Shown piece after piece: positions 1 to 8,846 of a stretch of 64,000 nucleotides of DNA. Position numbers and translations under genes: made by a program. The notes under the pieces are model-generated. The model made no database searches. It was given only the letters and a program-made list of their open reading frames with translations, and was not told where the DNA came from. Within the stretch, counting starts at the first letter, position 1; each line of letters begins with the position of its first letter. Source of the stretch: Escherichia coli (GTDB lineage: Bacteria > Pseudomonadota > Gammaproteobacteria > Enterobacterales > Enterobacteriaceae); the NCBI RefSeq assembly GCF_002854065.1, contig NZ_CP024147.1. One strand, written 5' to 3'.

Positions 1-133
1 GGGTTAATTGCCCTGATGATTTAACTCGCTCATAGTTTTCTTTCGTTTTAAATAAAATATCTAAAACCAGTTCGTAAGGTCCGGCATTTTTCGAACGAAT
101 GACTTGCGCCAGTGAGACAATTGACTGTTTCAT
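1..133 (-). CDS. hypothetical protein, N-terminal fragment only (gene runs off the window start)
   Basis: Minus-strand ATG at 133..131 overlaps the TGA (132..130) of the upstream 456-aa ORF (ATGA coupling). Frame stays open to position 1 (MKQSIVSLAQVIRSKNAGPYELVLDILFKTKENYERVKSSGQLT...). Absent from the ORF track because it is truncated. Confidence 0.5.
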   Translation of the reverse strand, partial: MKQSIVSLAQVIRSKNAGPYELVLDILFKTKENYERVKSSGQLT

Positions 134-1500
134 GCCTGAACTCCTTCTGGCGTCACCTGTTCAATATGGAAATCAAAACGCAGAGCGTCGTTGGCTTCAA
201 TCAGGTGATATATGGAAAATTCGTATACCGGCCCGCCCTGGATATCAGAAGGGGAGAACGGGAACGCCAGGTTGCCTGCGGTAGCGATGCGGTTTTCATA
301 GCCGTAGTGCAGCATGGTAGAGCGCACCAGCGAGCAAACGCTATTGGCAATTTCCTGGGTCGGTGCAACTACATCAAGGACAATCCCCAGCTCATGCCCG
401 GCAGTTTGCATCGGTTCATGGTCGCCCATCACCCCGTTTTTACCGTACAGGTGGAAAATGATGCGAATGCTGTCATCGTCTAACGACAGGTTACGCGAAA
501 CGCTGGTTTTGACTTCATCGATGATTTTATCGATCCCGGCGATCATGATCGGGTCGCGCGTTCCGGCGATGGTCAGACAGCGGAAGCCCACCCGTCGCGC
601 ACCTTCCAGTTTCAGGGCATACGGCGTTTCTTCATGCTTAGAACCGCTGACGTACACTTCGCCGTCATTGACTGCTTTAAATGTGCAGCCTTTCAGGTTC
701 AACACGCCGCCAGGTCCTGGCAGGAAGTAGGGATCGGATTTCTCATACAGTGTGTGTGCAGCTGCTGACGTTTCGGTAAATTTACGCTTCGGATTAAATG
801 TCTTCAGCGTAAAGCCGTTGTCATCAATGATGCCCATCGCACAGTCAGAGCCTGAGCCGGGCGTTGCGGCGATTGCTGCGCACTCAAGGATTTTCCCACA
901 ATGCAGCGCCAGACCTTCATCAAAGCCTTGCATGATCGGTAGCGCAGCAAAGCAGGCCGGGTCGTAAGCGCGCCCACCCAGCACCACTTGCGCGCCTTCT
1001 TTCAGCGCCCGCTGGAAGGGTTCGATGCCCATTTGCGCGACGATATACGTACTTTCGTCAATCGCGTCGTGGGTTAACGGCGGGACAAAATCCAGCGCCG
1101 TGATTTTGCCGTTATCCAGCGCCTGGTGGACGATGGCTTTGTCAACGTCTGCCGGGATCAACGCCATCGAGAACGAGAGGTGCTCTTCCTGGGCAATCTC
1201 ATGAATTATTTCTCGGCACCACTCCAGGTGTGGTGCGGCACCAGAACCGCCAGCCGTTCCGATCACCACCGGTATATTATTTTGCACGCCTGCGGTGATC
1301 ATATAGCGCAGATCGCGCTTGACCCCTGCGCGATCGGTAAACGGTTTGCCTGCCCCGAGGTAGTGGGGGCCTGGATCGGAAGAGCCTGCATCAACGGCGA
1401 TCAGATCGGGCGATTCTGCCATCGCTTTACGGAAGCTCTCTTCCGGGAATCCATACCCGAGGATTGCCGTTGGCGATAAGACTTTAAAAGAACGAGCCAT
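130..1500 (-). CDS. uncharacterised 456-aa soluble protein co-operonic with methylaspartase (tentatively DUF1446/AtuA-like; family recalled, not searched)
   Basis: Long ORF MARSFKVLSPTAILGYGF...; start 4 nt downstream of the mal stop on the same strand; no hydrophobic TM stretch. Confidence 0.75.
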   Translation of the reverse strand: MARSFKVLSPTAILGYGFPEESFRKAMAESPDLIAVDAGSSDPGPHYLGAGKPFTDRAGVKRDLRYMITAGVQNNIPVVIGTAGGSGAAPHLEWCREIIHEIAQEEHLSFSMALIPADVDKAIVHQALDNGKITALDFVPPLTHDAIDESTYIVAQMGIEPFQRALKEGAQVVLGGRAYDPACFAALPIMQGFDEGLALHCGKILECAAIAATPGSGSDCAMGIIDDNGFTLKTFNPKRKFTETSAAAHTLYEKSDPYFLPGPGGVLNLKGCTFKAVNDGEVYVSGSKHEETPYALKLEGARRVGFRCLTIAGTRDPIMIAGIDKIIDEVKTSVSRNLSLDDDSIRIIFHLYGKNGVMGDHEPMQTAGHELGIVLDVVAPTQEIANSVCSLVRSTMLHYGYENRIATAGNLAFPFSPSDIQGGPVYEFSIYHLIEANDALRFDFHIEQVTPEGVQA

Positions 1501-1503
1501 TTG

Positions 1504-2745
1504 TTAATCCTTAGCCTGCAACAGCGCGATAGTACGATTCATTTCGTTGAAGACGATATCGAGGCCTTCGTCAAAACCCATCCCTGGTTTTACCAGCATA
1601 CGCATAGGGCGAGCGGCAAGGGCGACGTGGACACAGGTGCGGGCACTAACATCAGTTTCATTGCAGGTGCCGCCCTGGTACGCTTCCATGCTGTGGCTGT
1701 TGCAGTAAAGAACCGCATCGACGATGTTGTGAATACTTCCAAGATCCGGGGTTTTGATTTGCACCATGTGACAACTGGCGGCATCAGTGAAATCAACAAT
1801 ATCCTGGTAGGTGTTACACCATTCATCGGCCACAATTTTCACGCCGGAACCGAGGCGCGTCAGCTCTTTGGTAATCGCGGTCAGCAGGCGAATTTGGTCG
1901 GGCTTGTTACCGGCATCGACCGGCCCTTCAATGTAGAGCGGCAGGCCTTGCGCTTCTTTTTCCAGGCTGGCGATGTATTGCGCACAGCGAAGCGGATCCA
2001 TATCGAAGATCAGACCGATAGTGCCGTATACATCGATGTGCAGGGTAGGGTGGTAGCGTGCGCTGGTGCGCTTGCTCAGAATGCGATCCGACAGCCAGCG
2101 GACATATTCGCGCAGTTTTTCACCTTTAAAGCCCAGCTTCTCTTCGACGTTATTAATCAGCGCATGGGGCAGCACGTCGATGCCCTTAAGGATCATCTTA
2201 TCGACGGCGATATATCGATCGTCGCCGCTCTGGCCAAATAATGGAATGGATTCCGCCACGTGTGGCAACTGCCATTCATCACAGACCACTTCAGTTTTCA
2301 GACGGCCGGTTGCCAGCGCAGTAGCATCAAGCAGCGCCTGTGATAATCCGTAGCGCACGGCGGTATGCAGCAAGTTGCCGTCAATACGCAGTTTGTCGAA
2401 GAAACGGGCATTCGGCAGGAAAGCATCCACATCGCGGCCTACCAGTAATGGCTTGATATGGTCGTTGAGGAACGGAATAAAGTGCTCTGCGAGGAACAGT
2501 GGATCGCGACCACCTGCCCCGGAATACTGTACGGCAGCACAGTCACCTACAGCGACCGCGCCGTTTTCCAGAATCAACTGTACCGATACGCACTCCCCGG
2601 CCTGACGAACGGCGTTAAACCCCTGTGTTACCGGCTCCCCGGTATAAAAAAAGCCGTCATGACCCGCTCCGTTTTTTATCGCCTGCTGGTCATCGAAATA
2701 GAATGAGGAGTAGCCAGCGGTGAACAGAGCCTGTTTTATTTTCAT
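1504..2745 (-). CDS. mal: 3-methylaspartate ammonia-lyase (methylaspartase)
   Basis: 413 aa; MKIKQALFTAGYSSFYFDDQQAIKNGAGHDGF...CAAVQYSGAGGRDPLFLAEHFIP...VQIKTPDLG closely resembles clostridial methylaspartase as I recall it; start shares one nt with the glmE stop. Confidence 0.9.
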   Translation of the reverse strand: MKIKQALFTAGYSSFYFDDQQAIKNGAGHDGFFYTGEPVTQGFNAVRQAGECVSVQLILENGAVAVGDCAAVQYSGAGGRDPLFLAEHFIPFLNDHIKPLLVGRDVDAFLPNARFFDKLRIDGNLLHTAVRYGLSQALLDATALATGRLKTEVVCDEWQLPHVAESIPLFGQSGDDRYIAVDKMILKGIDVLPHALINNVEEKLGFKGEKLREYVRWLSDRILSKRTSARYHPTLHIDVYGTIGLIFDMDPLRCAQYIASLEKEAQGLPLYIEGPVDAGNKPDQIRLLTAITKELTRLGSGVKIVADEWCNTYQDIVDFTDAASCHMVQIKTPDLGSIHNIVDAVLYCNSHSMEAYQGGTCNETDVSARTCVHVALAARPMRMLVKPGMGFDEGLDIVFNEMNRTIALLQAKD

Positions 2746-4190
2746 TATGGTCTTTCTATTAATTTACTGTGGGATACAGCATTGATGTCATCTACAACCA
2801 TCTGGAATGTCGGTTGGCGTCCTTCAAAGCGTGCGCGTTCCGCGACGTAATCGTGGTGGAGGTCGAGAATATCTTTTGGCAATGGAACGGCTCCGGCTTC
2901 CAGTACGCGTATCGCGCCGGTGTTGTCACGGACCGGAAGAATATTGCCCGCGTTGCAGGCGGCTGGCGCAAACGGCACATCCAGTACGCCCGCTTCAAAT
3001 GCCAGCACCGTACCGCGCGCAATATCACCATTACCCAGTTCGAACACTTTATTCAGTACCGCGCGAACCTCGCTCTTAATCAGTTCAATTTCCAGTTCAA
3101 CCGCAGGGCACGGCGGGAATTTCTGCTCATTGACCATGTTGAGCATCTGGCGGGAGGCTTTCAGCCCCTGAATGTTGGCAGCGGCAGTCGGGATACCCCA
3201 GGCTTCGTGCGGACTTTTGGTGATGACTTTGGTGGCACCAGACATCCCCGCGACGGCTGCGCCCCAGGAGATAATAGCGAACGCTTTCGATTCGTCTTCC
3301 GGAAAGCCGCCCATCCACTGGTGAAACACGGTACTCAATTCATAGTCGGTATAGCCATAGCTCTGAAAGTATTCGTGTGCAAGTTCACGCAGAGACTGGA
3401 TCGCCGCAACATCCTGCGTCAGGCTGCCGACCTGGCCATAACCAACGGTGATAGATTTCACACCCTGTTCCAGTGCCAGCAAGCCTTCGATTATCGCGAT
3501 AGAGTGCGAGATAAACGGCGGGATCAGCGTACCCGTTAGTGGGCCAAACGGTTCGCGGTTGATGCGGATCCCGTGTTCTTCATACATCCCCATTAAACGG
3601 TCGCAGTACTGCCAGTCGCGGATCGATTTTTCCAGCGTTACGCGTTTGGCATACGGAATGTTGTAGGAAATGCCACCGCCTTCATAACTGGTAAAGCCGC
3701 TGGCCATTGAGATTTCAGCCAGCAGACGCGCATCTGGCGTGCCGTGGCGGATCTGTAGCGGTTTTTGCAGGGTTTCGGTGAGGCGACGGCAAGCTGCGAC
3801 ACCATGGTTAACTACCGGTAAACCGTTCAGTTTAGAGGTTCCGGCTTCGATGGATTTTTTAATCCCTACAGCCGCTTCTTCGTACCGATTCAGACGGGTA
3901 TATGCATCGATGGTGCTTGGCAGCAGATCGCACTCTTCTTGTAGTGTTTTCAGCAGTTCGATGTGTTCGTCCATCAGCGCCACACCTGCGCGCGGTTGGC
4001 TAAGGGTTTTACCTTCCTTGTCTGCTTTCAGCAGCGCAAGAGAGAAGCGTTTATGCTCAGGGATGGTTTGTTGGTATTTAACGCCATCTTCAAAGATTTC
4101 AACATCCTTGCCGGTTTCCCAGGTTTTCAGTACCTGTTGCCGCTCGGTCATGAATTCGTCATGGGTTAATTTCTTATTTCGAAGTTCCAT
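2745..4190 (-). CDS. glmE: glutamate mutase E (epsilon, catalytic) subunit
   Basis: 481 aa, MELRNKKLTHDEFMTERQQVLKTWETGKDV...; size and N-terminus match methylaspartate mutase E chain; sits between glmL and mal. Confidence 0.88.
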   Translation of the reverse strand: MELRNKKLTHDEFMTERQQVLKTWETGKDVEIFEDGVKYQQTIPEHKRFSLALLKADKEGKTLSQPRAGVALMDEHIELLKTLQEECDLLPSTIDAYTRLNRYEEAAVGIKKSIEAGTSKLNGLPVVNHGVAACRRLTETLQKPLQIRHGTPDARLLAEISMASGFTSYEGGGISYNIPYAKRVTLEKSIRDWQYCDRLMGMYEEHGIRINREPFGPLTGTLIPPFISHSIAIIEGLLALEQGVKSITVGYGQVGSLTQDVAAIQSLRELAHEYFQSYGYTDYELSTVFHQWMGGFPEDESKAFAIISWGAAVAGMSGATKVITKSPHEAWGIPTAAANIQGLKASRQMLNMVNEQKFPPCPAVELEIELIKSEVRAVLNKVFELGNGDIARGTVLAFEAGVLDVPFAPAACNAGNILPVRDNTGAIRVLEAGAVPLPKDILDLHHDYVAERARFEGRQPTFQMVVDDINAVSHSKLIERP

Positions 4191-4208
4191 TGATTGCAGC
4201 CTTAATTG

Positions 4209-5597
4209 TTATAGGGTTAAGCATTGAATACTGGTGCGCGCGGCGGCCAGCGGATCGACTCTGGCGACGTTTGCCAGCAGTGGTAATAGCCCCCGGGAAT
4301 CGCGGTAATATTCAAATTCGGTCGGTAAGAGAATGCGTTTACCGTCGTCGTTTAACTCGCGGTATTTCAACCAGTGATGCATATCGAACTGACTGGCACG
4401 CGAGAGCCATCCGCCGGATCCGACGACTTTACGCACGGTTGTCAGGTCACGTCCCATCTGTAAATCGACATTGCCGACGCAGGTGCAGACCTCTTTTTTG
4501 GTGCCCGCATGTCTTTCGGTGGCATAACCCACACACAGTCCGGCCAGGACGGTATCGAAATATTTCTCTTCTGCATTTGCGGGTAAGTAGTCGGGATGAG
4601 CGACTAGATGACGGAGGTAATGATAAAAAGCGTCCAGCTGTGCGGGTTGCTGAGCAAAATTCACATTGACTAACTCTTTCGCACTTTCACCAACCACCAC
4701 TGCCGAGACGCGCATTCCCAGATCGCCTTCCACCGTCCGTTTTACGAAGGGTTCCGGTACGCCGTGTAAAACGGTGTCGGGCGAGAGCGTGTTGGCACAG
4801 GCGGAATAAACATCGGTGGTTGCGCCGCCCATGTCGATCAGCATGAACTCTTTCCAGCTGTGATCGACGTTACTGATTGCCTTGACCAGTTCAAAGACCG
4901 TCCATGGTGTCGGCATTGGTTCTTCGCCTGTTTTATCAACAATGACATCCAGCCCTTTCCCTTTAACGATGCGTTTAAGGAATATGTCGCAAATAGCCTG
5001 GCGTGCGGCTAAAGGGTTCGGATGGTCAAGATCGGGCAGAACATTGTCGACGATGGTCAGGTCTTTATGCCCGAGGATCTCCTGCACCTCGTCCTGAATA
5101 TCCCGGTTTCCGGCATAAATAATGGCGCAGTCGAGTTTGGATTCTGCCAGCACACGGGCGTTATTCAGTCCGTAGCTTTCTTCTCCGCCGTCGGTGCCGC
5201 CGGTGAACAAGAGAATATCGGGCTGCGTTTCTTCCAGTGCCTGGATATCACGGCGGTTCAGCTTGTAGGCGTAATATTGCGCAATTTTAGCACCCGCAGA
5301 GTGAGCGGTTACTTTCGCGGTTTCCAGGGTGATAGAAGGCACCAATCCCATTGCGGCAACCGCCAGCCCACCTTTGGCAGAGGAGGAATACTTCAATGCA
5401 ACCTCACCGCTGTTTAACAGGGGGAGGGCATTATCTACGTTTAACACCTGGTTCAGGCTGGAGAAAAACCCCTTCGCCAGATGATGGGTGGTGGTTGGGG
5501 TCAGTACGTGGTTAACCAACGTTAACGCGTCCCCCTCCCGGGTGAAGAGGGCTGCTTTGGTCCACGTCGATCCAATATCGACAGAGACGATTTGCAT
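4209..5597 (-). CDS. glmL: glutamate mutase accessory protein (MutL/GlmL-like, ATPase-fold putative reactivase)
   Basis: 462 aa, [18 protein letters not shown]... (actin/hexokinase-like N-terminal phosphate motif); located between S and E subunit genes as in clostridial mutS-mutL-mutE. Confidence 0.8.
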   Translation of the reverse strand: MQIVSVDIGSTWTKAALFTREGDALTLVNHVLTPTTTHHLAKGFFSSLNQVLNVDNALPLLNSGEVALKYSSSAKGGLAVAAMGLVPSITLETAKVTAHSAGAKIAQYYAYKLNRRDIQALEETQPDILLFTGGTDGGEESYGLNNARVLAESKLDCAIIYAGNRDIQDEVQEILGHKDLTIVDNVLPDLDHPNPLAARQAICDIFLKRIVKGKGLDVIVDKTGEEPMPTPWTVFELVKAISNVDHSWKEFMLIDMGGATTDVYSACANTLSPDTVLHGVPEPFVKRTVEGDLGMRVSAVVVGESAKELVNVNFAQQPAQLDAFYHYLRHLVAHPDYLPANAEEKYFDTVLAGLCVGYATERHAGTKKEVCTCVGNVDLQMGRDLTTVRKVVGSGGWLSRASQFDMHHWLKYRELNDDGKRILLPTEFEYYRDSRGLLPLLANVARVDPLAAARTSIQCLTL

Positions 5598-6046
5598 CAG
5601 ATAGCCTCTTCAAGAATACGAGTATCAACGTCATGACGTTGGTTGATATCGTGGGCCATCAGCTGACAAACATCTTCTAAGTCATGACTTGGGGCAAAGA
5701 CGCGATCAAATCCCATCTCTTTGAATTTGGTTTCCACGTCAGCGAAGTCATGTTTTCCGACCACCAGGTTACCGCCCACATAGAGCAGGATGTCCCCCAG
5801 TCCACGCTCGATGCAGCGTTCGCGCATGCCCAGACAGTCGATATCGCCATGCCCATAGATAGAGGAGACGACAATCGCGTCAGCGCCAGTTTCAATGGCC
5901 GCATCAATATATTCGTCCTGGCTGACCATTACGCCCAGATTAATGACTCTGAAGTCGTGGTTGCTAAAAACGCGGTCCAGAACTTTATTGCCTACTGCAT
6001 GGCAGTCCGCGCCAATAACGCCAATCACAAGTGTTGCTTTCTTCAT
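5597..6046 (-). CDS. glutamate mutase S (sigma, cobalamin-binding) subunit; symbol left blank because glmS/mutS clash with unrelated E. coli genes
   Basis: [23 protein letters not shown]... carries the DxHxxG B12-binding signature; start moved from track ORF 6109 to ATG 6046 with AAGGA RBS 7 nt upstream; stop shares one nt with glmL start. Confidence 0.85.
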   Translation of the reverse strand: MKKATLVIGVIGADCHAVGNKVLDRVFSNHDFRVINLGVMVSQDEYIDAAIETGADAIVVSSIYGHGDIDCLGMRERCIERGLGDILLYVGGNLVVGKHDFADVETKFKEMGFDRVFAPSHDLEDVCQLMAHDINQRHDVDTRILEEAI

Positions 6047-6592
6047 GGGTAATCCTTTGTAAGACAGAGAGTAAAATAAGTTACACACGTCGTATTTATG
6101 GCCGTTCATAACGGCACAGGTTTAATATCACAGGAGTGTCTTTATCTGACCGTAATGTTGCAATTGATCTATTTTCAAAATGTCTTTCGGGAAATGATTG
6201 TTTAAAGTGTGTTTTTAAATTCCCATGTTAATTCAGTATGTTATGTCAACTAATGTCATGAATGTTAAATTTTTAAAATTAACTTGATTTAATGTATTGA
6301 GATAATTGTGATCTACTTCTAATTTGCATTTTAGTGATATGGGTTTAGCCATGAGTAAATGCATTTCATAAAATTTAAGTCGAATTTCACTGCAATTCAT
6401 CTCTGCTTAATGTAAAAATAATGTTGAAAATAACAAATGGTTAATGATTCATGCGAATTATGACGTTAGTTAGCTCTTTTGATTTTTCGTAAAAAAGAGA
6501 GGTACATGAAGGTGCTACCAGTATGAGTAACGTTAATCAAAGGTTTTATTACGTCTGGCAATAACGCAGGCCATTTTCGCGACTGGGTGGAT

Positions 6593-7015
6593 TTAATCAG
6601 TATAATCCTCATACAATATTTCAGGATTAACTGAACCGTTAACCGGGTTTTGGTGTTGAAATTTAGAAATGGCGGAGTCAATCAATGAAGACAGTATCGA
6701 AAAAATAACTGTGTCAGAACTAATTTCAATTAATCCTTCTCGTTGTTGACCAAAAAAGATATTTATCTTGATTTCATTTGTACTACGGCAATCAATATGT
6801 AGTAATTTTTGATCGCTGAGATTTTCTGTTTCATAAATGTTTTTGGCGATAGTCGGATGTATTGATGCCAGACATCTGCTCAGATAAGCCAGATCCTTTA
6901 GGGAACACCCCGCTGAGTAGAGGATGTCAGAGAATTTTTGTGTGTCAACTGTTGTCTCTGAAGCGTATGTTGCATTGACAGGAAGGGTGTTGAAAGAGAT
7001 TTGAGATGGGATCAT
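6593..7015 (-). CDS. hypothetical acidic 140-aa protein, unknown function
   Basis: Intact ORF in AT-rich DNA; net negative charge (about 17 D/E vs 9 K/R); no TM segment; GGAAAG about 9 nt upstream of ATG; co-directional with the 314-aa ORF 81 bp upstream. Confidence 0.6.
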   Translation of the reverse strand: MIPSQISFNTLPVNATYASETTVDTQKFSDILYSAGCSLKDLAYLSRCLASIHPTIAKNIYETENLSDQKLLHIDCRSTNEIKINIFFGQQREGLIEISSDTVIFSILSSLIDSAISKFQHQNPVNGSVNPEILYEDYTD

Positions 7016-7096
7016 TATTTAAATCTTTCCGTGAGTAATAAAAATTAATCCCCAGGCATTGTTTAACAATATTTGCCATAGGGGATATATAGAAAA

Positions 7097-8041
7097 TTAA
7101 AGTATTTTATTGGCTTCGGTTAACTGATCTATAACCAGTGCCAGATTGGTAAACATTTTGAAAAAGCGATACTGGCTCGGAATATCTCTTTCAAAGACGA
7201 AACATTCAAGGTCATTGTTTGAAAAATAAAGGACTAGTGTTGCTGATTCGTCAGGGAAAACATGGAAATGTATCTGGTTACCAGAAGGAGGATAGTCCAG
7301 AAGAAGGGTATCTTTGCCCGTCACATACCTGTTGTTGTCGTGGACGCTACGCTCACACTTCATCAGAGGTGTCAGGATACTCATGTATTCATCTGATGTT
7401 AATTTATTAAAATCATCATTCATTTTAAAGAAACGATAAAGTAACAGTACATCCTCTTGCGTAACCGGTTCGTTTGTTTTTAGAGGGAAATAAGCGGGAA
7501 CCAGAAGATGAGGTTCTAATCTATTTTGTTGAGCGCTATAACTGAATTTGAACATAAATTCCGGATCGCTCATCAATTGAGCGACATAATTATGCCTGGC
7601 TTCGAAAATTTTAATTTTTATCAGGTTAAATAAGTCTGTTTCGTCATCCTGTATTAAAAGACATTGGCCATAGCAGCCAGGCTTTTTTTCATTATAAGCA
7701 GAAACGGTTATTCTGTCAGAGGTGTCAACGTTATATTCAAAAGCCAGATAGTGACCTTCTTCATCGCGATTTGTTTCCAGGTTATTTAAATTCATCACAT
7801 GAAGTGTTTGCAATGCTGATTCAATGAGCTGTTGACTCTCTGAGGTAAATGTTTCGCGCTGCGTTGTATAAAGTGTATCAATTCCAACGACTATCCGATG
7901 TGGGTCAAGGATGGCGGCAATCATCTTTATTACCTGCACAGTCACGGGTGATGTCATTGATTCTTTATCTGTTTTTAGAGAATCATTAGATGGCCAACCT
8001 GAGAAGCGATTGACAGCCGAACCGATATTATCAGGACTCAT
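7097..8041 (-). CDS. hypothetical 314-aa protein, unknown function
   Basis: Intact ORF in AT-rich DNA; GAGG 8 nt upstream of ATG; Ser/Thr/Asn-rich N-terminus; no TM segment, P-loop or HEXXH motif; not recognisable as any K-12 protein. Confidence 0.7.
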   Translation of the reverse strand: MSPDNIGSAVNRFSGWPSNDSLKTDKESMTSPVTVQVIKMIAAILDPHRIVVGIDTLYTTQRETFTSESQQLIESALQTLHVMNLNNLETNRDEEGHYLAFEYNVDTSDRITVSAYNEKKPGCYGQCLLIQDDETDLFNLIKIKIFEARHNYVAQLMSDPEFMFKFSYSAQQNRLEPHLLVPAYFPLKTNEPVTQEDVLLLYRFFKMNDDFNKLTSDEYMSILTPLMKCERSVHDNNRYVTGKDTLLLDYPPSGNQIHFHVFPDESATLVLYFSNNDLECFVFERDIPSQYRFFKMFTNLALVIDQLTEANKIL

Positions 8042-8495
8042 AGCAGCAACCTCATTGTAATCAAGCGAGGCGCTGAGCGTACTCGGCTATAGAAAAACTA
8101 ACTTGCAAAAATCGCTCATTTTTCATTTATCAGGCGAAAGTGGTCTCTGTACACTCAGAAACAATCACTCCCGCTAAGTCATACCTGTTTCATCGATACA
8201 TTTAAGTGATTATTACTAATGAAACAATAACATAACGGGCTTACGGTCGGTGCTCATAAAGGCAACAATCAATTAACTTTGATAAAAATATGTTATGTAA
8301 AATAGCAACAAATTGGCTACTCTAATCAATTGGTATTATAAAAAGTGGATAAGGCGGTTCTGTTAAATAAAATACTGGTTTTTTATCTATACCTTTTCAT
8401 TGTAATAATTGTGTTGCATAAATATTTCACAATAAATTAACAATAAAATCACCAATGATCTATGGTTTATACATAATTAACATATTTGGTTGGTT

Positions 8496-8509
8496 TTGAT
8501 ATAAATCAA
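8496..8509 (+). promoter_or_regulatory. FNR-type site TTGAT-N4-ATCAA in cydA upstream region
   Basis: Perfect palindrome ttgatataaatcaa; cydAB is known to be FNR/ArcA controlled. Confidence 0.6.
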
Positions 8510-8846
8510 TTTTTAATTCTTGAAAAAAATCTGCAAAACACGATAAATTGTCGTAGATCAAATTGATGAGATCGTGACAATTTCGCTATAAATTGATCAC
8601 TGTCGAAAAATGCAAATTTGCTCAATAAAAACCTGTTTATTGTAAGGATTTTGCGGCGTAATATAATTACGGGATCAATTTGGTTTATTCATTAACATAT
8701 TTGTAACTTTTTTATCATTGTCTTTTCCTCTTTTGATGAAATGGCAACGATAGGGGCGAGCAAATAATTTTGTATTGGGGCATGCGTGTGACCCTTTCTA
8801 ACGGGGTTCACTCTCGGAGTCTTCATGCGATGAGCAAGGAGTCATG

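Noticed and set aside
2769-3539. 256-aa plus-strand ORF inside glmE
   Set aside because: Antisense to a confidently identified glutamate mutase E gene; no RBS.
5597-6109. Longer 170-aa version of the glutamate mutase S-subunit ORF starting at 6109
   Set aside because: The extra 21 codons lack an RBS, whereas ATG at 6046 has AAGGA 7 nt upstream and gives the expected size of a B12-binding S subunit.
6466-6681. 71-aa minus-strand ORF overlapping the 3' end of the 140-aa gene
   Set aside because: Overlaps a longer, better-supported ORF in a different frame; AT-rich DNA readily yields short spurious ORFs.
7219-7410. 63-aa plus-strand ORF inside the 314-aa gene
   Set aside because: Antisense to the longer ORF; Cys/Arg-rich composition typical of a shadow frame.
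8831-8839. Two-codon uORF (atg cga tga) overlapping the cydA RBS region
   Set aside because: Too short and with no RBS of its own; most likely fortuitous.
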